This document shows positions 1-8,773 of a stretch of DNA of 21,142 nt, piece by piece. A model generated the notes under the pieces. It worked only from the letters and a program-made list of their open reading frames with translations. It was not told the origin of the DNA and ran no database searches. Origin of the DNA: an uncultured Deferribacteres bacterium (GTDB lineage Bacteria; Zhuqueibacterota; Zhuqueibacteria; Zhuqueibacterales; Geothermadaptataceae); the NCBI GenBank assembly GCA_964014485.1, contig CAXHAT010000140.1, forward strand, positions 1 to 21,142, given 5' to 3'. Every line of letters starts with the position of its first letter. Position 1 is the stretch's first letter. Both the position numbers and the translations under genes were made by a program.

Positions 1-11
1 TGCGCGATTGA

Positions 12-38
12 CTGGATTCCCGCCTGCGCGGGAATGAC
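12..38 (-). repeat. REP-like palindrome of the ATTCCC-N8-GGGAAT class (dRS3 / GTC-tagged REP type)
   Basis: Minus strand reads GTCATTCCCGCGCAGGCGGGAATCCAG; on the plus strand ATTCCC is at 16-21 and GGGAAT at 30-35, with an 8-nt spacer. Confidence 0.75.
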
Positions 39-48
39 TTTAACGAGA

Positions 49-71
49 GTTTCTACGGCGTAACATCAGTT
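49..71. repeat. Probable terminal repeat of a small element truncated by the window start; same family as 21082-21142
   Basis: GTTTCTACGGCGTAACATCAGTT. Its reverse complement AACTGATGTTACGCCGTAGAA matches AACTGATGTTACTCATAGAA at 21082-21101. GTTTCTACG also recurs at 21134-21142. Confidence 0.5.
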
Positions 72-131
72 ATTGAATTTCATTGTACACGTACTGAAGA
101 GAGCTGACTGCATTTTCACTTGGAGAGAACG

Positions 132-938
132 ATGAAAACCGAGGTAACGCAAGAACAAATTGACTCCTACCAGCGAGAGGGGTTTATCATTCTTGAAGAC
201 TTTATGTCCGAAGAAGAAATTGATGAAATTCTGGCCGCGGTGGAAGAGAGCGTGGCTCAGATGGGGAAGCAAAAAGTCGCCGGTGACGGCAATGTCGATC
301 TTGTTGAAGGTGACAGTTTTTATGATCGGGTGTTTCTGCAGAGACTGAATTTATGGCGAATTAATGAGACGATCAAAAGCTATTTTCTTAGTCCTGAACT
401 GGGAGAAATGCTGGCCAAGCTGGCGGGCGTTGATGGCATTCACGTGTGGCATGATCAAACGCTGCAGAAAGCCCCTTGGGCTAATCCAACCGCCTGGCAC
501 CTCGACAATCCCTACTGGTCTTTTCACTCGCACAATGCCCTGTCGATCTGGGTCGCTCTCGATGAGGCGACAATTCAAAACGGCTGCATGTACTACATTC
601 CGGGCTCGCATAAAACGGCTTCATTTGACAATGTTGATATTCGTGAAGACGTCGGGGCGCTTTTCGACGTCTATACAGAGTGGCGCGGTATCGAGCCGGT
701 GGTTGCGGAAATGAAGCGCGGCTGGGCGGGCGTCCACAATGGCCTGACGGCCCACGGCGCCGGCCCGAACATGACCCCGAATCCGCGGCGGGCGATGACC
801 TGTGCCTACATGCCGGCCGGCGCGAAATTTAACGGACAGCAGAATATCCTGCCGGCCTCTTTCGTCGAAACACTGAATGTGGGCGATCCATTGATCAGCG
901 ACGATCACCTTCCGCTCATCTGGTCAAGAGAGAATTGA
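132..938 (+). CDS. Phytanoyl-CoA dioxygenase (PhyH) family 2-oxoglutarate/Fe(II) dioxygenase
   Basis: N-terminal YQREGFIILEDF, HxD motif (WHLD), SIWVALD..T..NGCM..IPGSH, distal His (TAHGAGPN) and Arg (PRRAMT). ATG 132 follows GGAGAG and is preferred over TTG 120. Confidence 0.9.
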   Translation: MKTEVTQEQIDSYQREGFIILEDFMSEEEIDEILAAVEESVAQMGKQKVAGDGNVDLVEGDSFYDRVFLQRLNLWRINETIKSYFLSPELGEMLAKLAGVDGIHVWHDQTLQKAPWANPTAWHLDNPYWSFHSHNALSIWVALDEATIQNGCMYYIPGSHKTASFDNVDIREDVGALFDVYTEWRGIEPVVAEMKRGWAGVHNGLTAHGAGPNMTPNPRRAMTCAYMPAGAKFNGQQNILPASFVETLNVGDPLISDDHLPLIWSREN

Positions 939-1903
939 GCTTGGTCGGCAAATCAAAACCGGTGCGACGACTTATCATTACCGGTGTTTGCGGCAATTTG
1001 GGCGAGAAACTGCTACTGCATTTTTCCCAGTTCACCTCTTTGGAAAAAGTCGTTGGTCTCGACATTGAAGCTGCGCTGAAAAACAAAAGATTTCCTGCAC
1101 CGAGCAAGATGCAGGGGCAAACGCCTGAAGTTGAGTTCATTGCTTGCGATTTGACGAAGGCGGATGATGCTCGTTGGCGAGAAGCGCTCCAGCGCGCAGA
1201 CGGGCTCATTCATCTTGCCGCCGACTATCCCTTTCCCGACGCAACCTGGACTCAGGCGTCAGCTTCTTTTGACATGACGGCCAATCTCGGACTCGCTCTG
1301 GCGCAAAAGCGAACGCCGACGCGGGCCATTTTTGCTTCTTCGAATCATGTGATGGGGGAGTACAAAGACTCGCCGTTGAGGAATTCGCTCGACCTCGGCG
1401 GTTTGAAGACAGACTTGCCTCCGGGCGTTGGCTCAAAGTGGCGCACCGAGATCAAAAAGACCGATTCGACCCCGTACGCAACCGCCAAAATCATGGGCGA
1501 GCGTCTGTTTGTGCAAAGTGCCAATGGCTCGTCAGGCCTTGTGAAAGCAGTGAATATTCGAATCGGCTGGTGCAACGTCGGCGAAAATCGGCCGGCGAAA
1601 ATTACTGCCAGTGGCAGCCCCGAACATCAGCACACCGGCCAGCCGAAGAACCGGATCCCGGAGGAAGAAAAGAGGAGCGATACAAGCTGGTTTCATGGCA
1701 TGTGGCTGTCAAATCGTGATCTCTGCCACCTCTTCGAAAGAGCGCTTTTTGCAGATGAAACTGCCTGGCCCGGCCCGGCGATCACCATCAATGGCATATC
1801 CAAAAATACGGGCGCTTACTGGAGTCTCGAAGAAGCACGGGCCTATGTTCAATATGAACCCATCGATGATATTTGCCGTGAACTCAATATACCGCATGTG
1901 TGA
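935..1903 (+). CDS. NAD-dependent epimerase/dehydratase (extended SDR), uronate-dehydrogenase-like
   Basis: Rossmann motif ITGVCGNLG, LIHLAA, FASSNH, YxxxK (YATAK), NIRIGW, WLSNRDL. TTG start overlaps the upstream TGA; the exact start is uncertain. Confidence 0.85.
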   Translation: MSLVGKSKPVRRLIITGVCGNLGEKLLLHFSQFTSLEKVVGLDIEAALKNKRFPAPSKMQGQTPEVEFIACDLTKADDARWREALQRADGLIHLAADYPFPDATWTQASASFDMTANLGLALAQKRTPTRAIFASSNHVMGEYKDSPLRNSLDLGGLKTDLPPGVGSKWRTEIKKTDSTPYATAKIMGERLFVQSANGSSGLVKAVNIRIGWCNVGENRPAKITASGSPEHQHTGQPKNRIPEEEKRSDTSWFHGMWLSNRDLCHLFERALFADETAWPGPAITINGISKNTGAYWSLEEARAYVQYEPIDDICRELNIPHV

Positions 1904-1949
1904 GAATCGAATGGAAGACCATATCCTGATGCCGCAAAGTGTAGTGTAG

Positions 1950-2212
1950 TACATTGTCATACTTTATTTTGCCTGCCCGGTTTTCATAGAATCCCGGCGC
2001 TCAGACATCCGCCAATTGGTTCAGCGAGACACGAAAGGAGTGCAAGGCTTGCCTTGCTTTTCAATGGCAGGCTTTTTTTGAATCGTACATTTCATTTCAG
2101 CTTTGCCGGCTCGTTCGATTGAGCCGGGCAAGAGGCAAAGCAAGCTTTGCACTCCTTCAGTTCTTCCGCTATTCGGCCCCGAGCGAGTAGAAAAATCAAG
2201 TGCGACAAAGCA
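1950..2212. mobile_element. Degenerate MITE-like element (263 bp) containing a REP doublet
   Basis: Imperfect 21-bp IR, 16/21 matches: TACATTGTCATACTTTATTTT (1950-1970) and AAAATCAAGTGCGACAAAGCA (2192-2212). Flanks are GTAG (1946-1949) and GCAG (2213-2216). Confidence 0.5.
2035..2157. repeat. GGAG-tagged REP doublet (REPIN-like)
   Basis: AAGGAGT-GCAAGG-CTTG-CCTTGC (2035-2057) and inverted copy AAGGAGT-GCAAAG-CTTG-CTTTGC (2135-2157, minus), differing by a compensatory stem change. Internal hairpin near 2103-2131. Confidence 0.75.
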
Positions 2213-2237
2213 GCAGGGGGCGGATTTCAAACCCGCC
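2213..2237 (+). repeat. Degenerate GTAG-type REP
   Basis: GCAGGGGGCGGATTTCAAACCCGCC: a tag-like tetramer followed by an imperfect palindrome GGCGGATTT/AAACCCGCC. Confidence 0.55.
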
Positions 2238-2318
2238 ATCGCGAACGGCGTGTGTTTAACTAATATCTCGAACTCCTAAGGGAGTCCATGAATCAAAACA
2301 GCGAAACAAAGTAGATCC

Positions 2319-3314
2319 ATGAAAGCTGACGCCGTTGTATTTACCGCGCCGAATGAAGTTGTTTTTTCGCAGGTCGATTGCCCCGAACCGGAAGCGGACG
2401 ACGTTGTCATAGATGTAAAACACTCCTGGATCAGCAATGGGACCGAAGGGTCATTTCTCCGCGGCGAACGCATTGACGGAGATACACCCTACCGGGAAGG
2501 AGACCCCTGGCCATTTCCCATTATTGCCGGGTATCAGAAAGTGGGCGTCGTCGACTGGGTCGGCGAGAATGTGACCAAATGCAAGGCGGGCGACTGGGTT
2601 TTTGGCCTGTTTGGGCAGGTTGAAGGACTTTATGACAGTCGTGCCGGGCACGTTTCACCCGCGATCACAAATCAAAATCAGGTCTGGCTTCTCCCGGAAG
2701 GTGTGGATCCCGTCGCCTTTTCAGGGCTTGTGCTGACGCAAGTGGGGTATAATTGCGGCGCCCGCTGCGAGCTTCAACCAGGAGATGGCGCGATCGTGAT
2801 TGGCGACGGCCTAGTCGGCCTCTGGACGGCCCAAACCCTGGTTTCGCGCGGTGCGCAAGTCATGCTTGTTGGCCGTCACGCGTATCGCCTGCAAAAGTTT
2901 ATTCACGAGGAGCCTCACTCCGTCGTCAACAGCCGAGAAGAAAACTGGATCGAATTGGCCAAGGAGCGATTCCCTGAGGGCGCGCAAGTTGGCGTCGATA
3001 CGGTTGGTTCTCTCAAGATTATGAATGATTTTTTTTCAGTAATGAAGCGCGGCGGGCATCTCGTTTCCGCCGGCTTTTATGGCACGGAAGACGCACTGTC
3101 ACTGCAACCACTGCGCTACAAGGAACTGACGATCCAACTGCCGTCCGGCGCCACGGGCGATCGACTCGATACCACAATCGACTACATTGCCAGCGGCAAA
3201 TTGGGCACACTGCCCCTCATTACACATCGTTTTCCGGCCGCGCAGGCATCTAAAGCGTGGGATGTCATTAAGGCAAAAAGCGAAGAGGTGCTGGGTGTTG
3301 TGCTGGACTGGTAA
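2319..3314 (+). CDS. MDR-superfamily alcohol/sugar dehydrogenase (BchC-like subgroup, canonical Zn ligands absent)
   Basis: GroES-like N-domain (ISNGTE, PIIAGYQKVGVV..VGENV), Rossmann IGDGLVG, C-terminal LITHRFP. Confidence 0.85.
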   Translation: MKADAVVFTAPNEVVFSQVDCPEPEADDVVIDVKHSWISNGTEGSFLRGERIDGDTPYREGDPWPFPIIAGYQKVGVVDWVGENVTKCKAGDWVFGLFGQVEGLYDSRAGHVSPAITNQNQVWLLPEGVDPVAFSGLVLTQVGYNCGARCELQPGDGAIVIGDGLVGLWTAQTLVSRGAQVMLVGRHAYRLQKFIHEEPHSVVNSREENWIELAKERFPEGAQVGVDTVGSLKIMNDFFSVMKRGGHLVSAGFYGTEDALSLQPLRYKELTIQLPSGATGDRLDTTIDYIASGKLGTLPLITHRFPAAQASKAWDVIKAKSEEVLGVVLDW

Positions 3315-3344
3315 TGCTCGACCATGCACTCGTCCTACCGCTCT

Positions 3345-3522
3345 CAGGCTGTGAAAAAACTCAACCAAATTCGAATGTGTGGGAGCCTGCCCCTAAAACG
3401 ATGGGCCTGTAGGTATTTTCTCGTGAATGTACCCCACTTGGAGTACCAAAATATCGACTCTTGGCTGCTCACACCCACTTGTGGTCCACTTTTGTTTTCG
3501 AGTCGAGTTTTTTCACAGCCTG
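3345..3522. mobile_element. MITE (178 bp) with perfect 18-bp TIRs
   Basis: CAGGCTGTGAAAAAACTC (3345-3362) and GAGTTTTTTCACAGCCTG (3505-3522), extending to 20/21. Possible 3-bp direct repeat TCT on both flanks. No transposase inside. Confidence 0.8.
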
Positions 3523-3525
3523 TCT

Positions 3526-3556
3526 GCGGGAGCGTCGCATGGCAGGACGCTCCCGC
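3526..3556. repeat. GC-rich hairpin (11-bp perfect stem), REP-like or RNA-stabilising
   Basis: GCGGGAGCGTC-GCATGGCAG-GACGCTCCCGC with no following U-tract. Confidence 0.55.
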
Positions 3557-3627
3557 GTCCAGTGATTCTTCATTCAGGATAACCCGGTTGAATAGAGACC
3601 ACAGTCAAACGCAAAGCCAGAGGAAGC

Positions 3628-4608
3628 ATGCAGAAAACAATGGAAATTCTTCAGATCGTCGAGCCGGGTAAAGCTAAGCTGCAGACGGTCGAAATACCCA
3701 AACCCGCAGACGGCGAAGCCCTGATTGAAGTTGAGGCAATCACGACTTGTCCGCACTGGGATCTGCATATTCTGGATGGTGACCCCATGTTTCCAGGCTT
3801 CGAGCAGAATTATCCCTACGTGCTCGGGCAGCCCGGACATGAGATGAGCGGCCGCATCGTTGATGCCAGTGACGCCGTTAAGAATTTCAAGGCTGGTCAG
3901 CGTGTCGTTGCCTGGCGGGATTCAGGGCCGAAGCGGACGGGCTGTTATGCGCAGTATGCCTGCATTCCGGCCGAGAACGTGCTGCCGATTCCCGAAGCGC
4001 TCGACGCCGAGGCGATCACGTCTCTCGAATTGGCCATGTGCGTTCATGTTTCGATCGATCAACTGCGGCAATTGGACTCAATCAATGATAAGCGGGTGGC
4101 GATTGCCGGCATGGGGCCAAGCGGGCTGATTGCGCTGCAAATGGCCAGAGCCTATGGCGCCAGAGAAATCATAGCTATCGATCCCGTCGAAGAGCGGCGC
4201 GCTTTGGCGATGCAGCTTGGCGCCGACGCCTGCGCAGCCCCGGGCGCAACGGATCTACCACAATCGCGCAATGATGCAAACGCATTCGACAGCGCCCTCG
4301 ACACAACCGGTTTGAAGATATCGATTGAGTCAATGATGCAGAGAACGCGCAAAACCGTCGCCATTTTTGGTGTTTTGCGCGAGAGAATTGAACTGGGCCC
4401 GGAGCACTGGTACGGCGGTTTTTCGTTGCTGGCTTATGGCGAACACAATCAGGCGGCGGCCGAAAGCGCCTTGAATCTCGTTCTGGAGAACAAACTGGAT
4501 TTACGACCGCTTGTCAGTAAGGTGCTTCCTCTTCGTGAGTATGAAGACGGCGTCGCACTCTTGCGGCAGCATCAAGCGATCAAAGTGATGTTCAAACCCT
4601 GGTCATAA
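3628..4608 (+). CDS. Zinc-binding MDR dehydrogenase (sorbitol/threonine dehydrogenase-like)
   Basis: TTCPHWDLH with catalytic Cys, PGHEMSG, Rossmann AGMGPSG, AIDPVEERR. The four-Cys structural Zn lobe is absent. GAGGAAG RBS. Confidence 0.88.
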   Translation: MQKTMEILQIVEPGKAKLQTVEIPKPADGEALIEVEAITTCPHWDLHILDGDPMFPGFEQNYPYVLGQPGHEMSGRIVDASDAVKNFKAGQRVVAWRDSGPKRTGCYAQYACIPAENVLPIPEALDAEAITSLELAMCVHVSIDQLRQLDSINDKRVAIAGMGPSGLIALQMARAYGAREIIAIDPVEERRALAMQLGADACAAPGATDLPQSRNDANAFDSALDTTGLKISIESMMQRTRKTVAIFGVLRERIELGPEHWYGGFSLLAYGEHNQAAAESALNLVLENKLDLRPLVSKVLPLREYEDGVALLRQHQAIKVMFKPWS

Positions 4609-4627
4609 TTGCCAGAGGACTGACTTT

Positions 4628-7051
4628 ATGAAGCCGTTCAAGAGAGCGACGATCCACTTTTTCCTTGCGGGATTTCTCACCGCACCTGCTGTGACCGCAA
4701 AAGAACAACCCTGGCTGACTTCACTGATTTCGCAACTCGATGACGCCAGCCCGGCATTGACGGTCCTGAACCGCCTGCCTGCAACAGCAGGAGAACGAGC
4801 AAAAACGCAAGCTCTGGCAGGGCGTTTTCGCCAGCAGACTTTTTTGAAGCCCAACTGGGTCATCAACAAGCCAGAGAAAAGGGAGCCGGACTATCATGAC
4901 CAACGGGCAGTAGATGCTTTGCAGGGGAAAATTTGGACCATGTATGGCACAGAAGAGTTGGGTGATCGCCTGCCCTGGTACGATCCGAAAAAGCGCGTTC
5001 GGACCCTTGCACGATTCCCGCATTTCGATTACTTGGCCCCGGCCTATTTCCATACCCAAGACGAGCGATACGCACAATTGATGGTGCGGCACATGGAGGA
5101 TTTTCTTCAGGAGGCGCCCATCGAAAAGGCCGCCGACGTGTCGGTACATGACGACTATCGCAGCAATCCCTGGAACTGGGTTCTGCTGCTGTGGCGCATC
5201 GCCCGCTGGATCGATACCCTCGATTTTCTGCAAAATTCATCTTCGCTGTCTGATGCGACCTATTTGCGCATTCTGGATCACCTCTGGAAAGAAGCCGACT
5301 GGCTCGTACCGCGGATGAATCTGGGTCTGCATAATGGCACAATTGCCAATGCGCGATCGATTCTGTATGCCGGTCTGACATTTCGAGACGCAAAGCAGAG
5401 TCGGTTCTGGGAACAGGAAGGACTGGGCACTTACAAAGCCTTTCTCAGCAGTTATTTTTATCCGGGGGAAGTCTCGATTGAGCTGACCCTGGGGTATTCA
5501 GCGGCGGTTTTGTCGCAGGGCTTAGGTGTTTACGAAGGACTTCCGGCGGAGCAGCGTCGACCGATCCGTCCGCTGCTCGAAGATCTCGTCGATGGCCATT
5601 TCGGCTTGATGAAGCCGGATCGCAGTTTACCTCGATATGGTGATCACGGCGCTTATGACATTCGGCCACAACTTCTTGAAAAAGCTGCCGTGCTCTTCAA
5701 CCGGCCCGATTATCAGGCCGTTGTTGACAATACGACGCACACCATCAGTCCACTATTTCTCTCCTGGCCGAGGGAGTCGAATACCGAGATGCTCAGTGGC
5801 TACTACGCGATGCGAGACGGCTGGTCGAAAACCGCGCAATATCTGAGTATAGACGCCGGTCCGTTCGGCACAAATCATCAACACGGCGATAAACTAAGCA
5901 TTACGCTTTCCGCCGATGGTGCTGAGTTCATTGTTGATCCCGGAACCTCGGTGTACAATTCGACGAAGCCAGGACCGCGCTATGATTTACGCTTCGGCTA
6001 TCTTCACAATGTCATGACGATCGACGGAGTCGACCCGAACGCCGGCTGGGATCAACACTATCAATTCGATACGCGAGCGAATCGCTGGATCACCAATCCA
6101 CGCTATGATTTTCTCTCAAGTGTGTACGACTTTCGCGCGAACAACTTGGATGCGCTGGCGCAGCGTTCGGTGCTGTACCTGCGTGGCGAGTACTGGATTC
6201 TCTTCGACGATCTCATGGGGAACGGAAAGCATGAGGTTGAAAGCAATTTTCAATTTGCCATCGATACCGAACTCGAGTTGAAGCAAGGAGAGGTTTACGC
6301 CCGCGCCGCGAACGGTGCGCAGCTCAATTTCTCGACCTGGCCACCGGATCTGGACCGGGACGTCGTTGTCGCGGATACGGTGTTTCGGAGGACGACATTT
6401 CCCTTACGCTCGCCAAATATCGATCACAAAAAAGGCGGACGCGGCTGGGTTGGGACCTTCGGCAACCACAGCCCGATTGATGAGCATCAAAGTCACCCTG
6501 CCCCGGCGCTGCTTTTTTCCGGAAGCCGCGAGTTTCCCATGACTTTTGTCCATGTGTTGCGTCCTTCTCAAGAAAAGAGACTATCGCCAGTTTCACTCGA
6601 ATTGCTAAAGAAATCTTCGAAGAGCCACAGCTTTAAGATCACCCATCTTGGAATTGTCGGCCGCGTTGATTACTTGCAGTGGAAAACAGGACGCCCCATA
6701 CCAAAAGGCGACATGAATTACACCCCGACGGGCGGGACATGGATTCGAACGGACAATGATCACATCGAAGAGATCATTGTGCTGAATCGACAGGAAGTCA
6801 CCTGGGAGCAGGGTGTCTGGCGAGTCGAGATTGCCTTTTCAGCCGACGTTGAAGGCCATTTCAAGCGAGAAGGCGGCAATTGGACGTTTTATCTGGATGA
6901 GTTTCATGATTCCCCTGTTCACATCACAAGATTTGATCTCACTGCTGACGGCGAGCTGACGAGGATTCGACAAGTCGTCGATTCGGACGGCAGCGCAGTC
7001 CCACTCTCGGCATTTGAGTTCAAGCCGGGTCTGAGATACGTTCTGCGCTAA
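4628..7051 (+). CDS. Secreted heparinase II/III-family (PL12-like) polysaccharide lyase
   Basis: Signal-peptide-like N-terminus (MKPFKR..FFLAGFLTAPAVTA). Motifs LPRYGD, YYAMRDGW, DAGPFGTNHQHGDKLSITL, FIVDPG..Y and HNVMTIDG. Confidence 0.85.
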   Translation: MKPFKRATIHFFLAGFLTAPAVTAKEQPWLTSLISQLDDASPALTVLNRLPATAGERAKTQALAGRFRQQTFLKPNWVINKPEKREPDYHDQRAVDALQGKIWTMYGTEELGDRLPWYDPKKRVRTLARFPHFDYLAPAYFHTQDERYAQLMVRHMEDFLQEAPIEKAADVSVHDDYRSNPWNWVLLLWRIARWIDTLDFLQNSSSLSDATYLRILDHLWKEADWLVPRMNLGLHNGTIANARSILYAGLTFRDAKQSRFWEQEGLGTYKAFLSSYFYPGEVSIELTLGYSAAVLSQGLGVYEGLPAEQRRPIRPLLEDLVDGHFGLMKPDRSLPRYGDHGAYDIRPQLLEKAAVLFNRPDYQAVVDNTTHTISPLFLSWPRESNTEMLSGYYAMRDGWSKTAQYLSIDAGPFGTNHQHGDKLSITLSADGAEFIVDPGTSVYNSTKPGPRYDLRFGYLHNVMTIDGVDPNAGWDQHYQFDTRANRWITNPRYDFLSSVYDFRANNLDALAQRSVLYLRGEYWILFDDLMGNGKHEVESNFQFAIDTELELKQGEVYARAANGAQLNFSTWPPDLDRDVVVADTVFRRTTFPLRSPNIDHKKGGRGWVGTFGNHSPIDEHQSHPAPALLFSGSREFPMTFVHVLRPSQEKRLSPVSLELLKKSSKSHSFKITHLGIVGRVDYLQWKTGRPIPKGDMNYTPTGGTWIRTDNDHIEEIIVLNRQEVTWEQGVWRVEIAFSADVEGHFKREGGNWTFYLDEFHDSPVHITRFDLTADGELTRIRQVVDSDGSAVPLSAFEFKPGLRYVLR

Positions 7052-7133
7052 ATTTACATCCCTTTCCACCAAGAAATATCTCGCTGAAAAACTTATCCTG
7101 AACGAGTCACCCTAGTCAAACATGTGAGTAAAA

Positions 7134-8714
7134 ATGATTAAAATTCGTACATCTTCCGGCAAGTGGGAATCCTTTTGCGGGCAAATCGAGACCTTTCTCG
7201 CGGCAGATTTCACCGAACAGCGCATTGATGGCCGAACGGTTCGCGGCTATCGTTCTCCGGACAGCCCGGCCTTGTGGATCCGTGATCATTCCGACATCGT
7301 CCGAGCGGGAAAGTATTTTGAGTCGGATTTGAAATCGGCGGTCGAGTGTTTCGCTCACTTTCAAGCGCGAGACGGCCGCCTTTTCGATCATGTCCTCACC
7401 TCTCCCTTGAAGGGATCAAGCGAACAGGAAAACTGGGAAAAGTGGGTGCGGGTACCTGTCGAAGCCGACGTCGAGTTCCGATTCGTCAAGGCAGTGCATC
7501 AGGCGTGGCAGGCTTCTGGAGACCTGAAGTGGCTGAAGCGCTATCTGCCTGCCTGCGATCAGGCGCTGATGTACTCCCTGCAACACCCCTGGCGCTGGGA
7601 TAAAGAAAACCAACTTGTGAAGCGACCTTACACGATCGACACCTGGGACTTTGACTACACAGCGGGGAGAGCCCCCTGGCTTAACTTCCAGATCGATGAC
7701 CACACCTTTTGGGGCATTACGCATGCAGACAACAGCGGCGTCTACGAAGCGGCGCAGATTCTGGCCAATTGGTACGCGTTGACAGGGGATGCGCAAGCGG
7801 AAGAAAAATGGCGCCGGAAGGCAGAAGGCATCCGAAAGAGAGCGAACGACCTGCTGTTTAACGGCGCCTTCTACACGCATTTTCATAAGCTGACGCCAGT
7901 CACGATTCCCGGCGTCGACGAGGCAAGTCAGCTCAGCTTGAGCACGCCGATGGCGATCAATCGTGGTCTGGCGACGCATGAGTTTGCTGTTTCTATCTTG
8001 CAGGAATATCAGAGACGACGTAAATCAACCGACGCATTTGCCGAGTGGTTTGGGATCGATCCACCTTTTCCGGACGGTATTTTTGGGGATGAGAAACTCG
8101 TGGGCGGCGCCTACATCAATGGCGGCATTTTCCCGCTGGTTGGCGGCGAACTGGCTCGCGCCGCGTTCACGCATGGATTTGAAGACTACGGCATTTCTAT
8201 TCTTGAGCAGTATCGCGAAATGATCCACGAGTCGAATGCGACCTATTTGTGGTATTTCCCCGATGGCACCGCCTCATCAGAAGAGACAAGCACCAGTCCC
8301 GAGGCCTTACCGACGGACGGCTGGGGCAGTTCTGCCATGCTGTATGGCTTTGTCGAAGGCTTGTGCGGCGTCGTGGACGAGGGGGCCGGATTCGAATCGG
8401 TATCCTGCACGCCACGCTGGGCGGCGACGGACGAGAAGGAGATCGAAATAGAGATCAGTTATGCAGCTTCTGGCGCAACGTTCGGTTATCGGTATCAGCA
8501 TGATGCGGAACAGAAGGAGATCCACTTCTCTGGGAACTTTGCGAAATCTTCCGTTCGCCTGAGCCTTTTGATACCGGAAGGCGCAGTTCTGCGCCATGCC
8601 CGAAGGGATGGGCAGGATGTACCAGCTCAGGTTTCACACATCGAGGGCAGCACCTATGTTGATTTTGAAAGTCCTTTTTCCGGTGATGTCTCTTTAAATA
8701 TTCGTTACGCGTAG
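7134..8714 (+). CDS. Putative cytoplasmic (alpha/alpha)6-barrel glycoside hydrolase, family unassigned
   Basis: LWIRDH, EADVE..F, WQASGDLKWL, DTWDF, YINGGIFP and WGSSAML resemble six-hairpin glycosidases. No signal peptide. Confidence 0.7.
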   Translation: MIKIRTSSGKWESFCGQIETFLAADFTEQRIDGRTVRGYRSPDSPALWIRDHSDIVRAGKYFESDLKSAVECFAHFQARDGRLFDHVLTSPLKGSSEQENWEKWVRVPVEADVEFRFVKAVHQAWQASGDLKWLKRYLPACDQALMYSLQHPWRWDKENQLVKRPYTIDTWDFDYTAGRAPWLNFQIDDHTFWGITHADNSGVYEAAQILANWYALTGDAQAEEKWRRKAEGIRKRANDLLFNGAFYTHFHKLTPVTIPGVDEASQLSLSTPMAINRGLATHEFAVSILQEYQRRRKSTDAFAEWFGIDPPFPDGIFGDEKLVGGAYINGGIFPLVGGELARAAFTHGFEDYGISILEQYREMIHESNATYLWYFPDGTASSEETSTSPEALPTDGWGSSAMLYGFVEGLCGVVDEGAGFESVSCTPRWAATDEKEIEIEISYAASGATFGYRYQHDAEQKEIHFSGNFAKSSVRLSLLIPEGAVLRHARRDGQDVPAQVSHIEGSTYVDFESPFSGDVSLNIRYA

Positions 8715-8773
8715 AGCCAGGCTGCATCTCCCGCTTTTATAAACTCATGGAATCCAAAATGAAGGATAGACGG

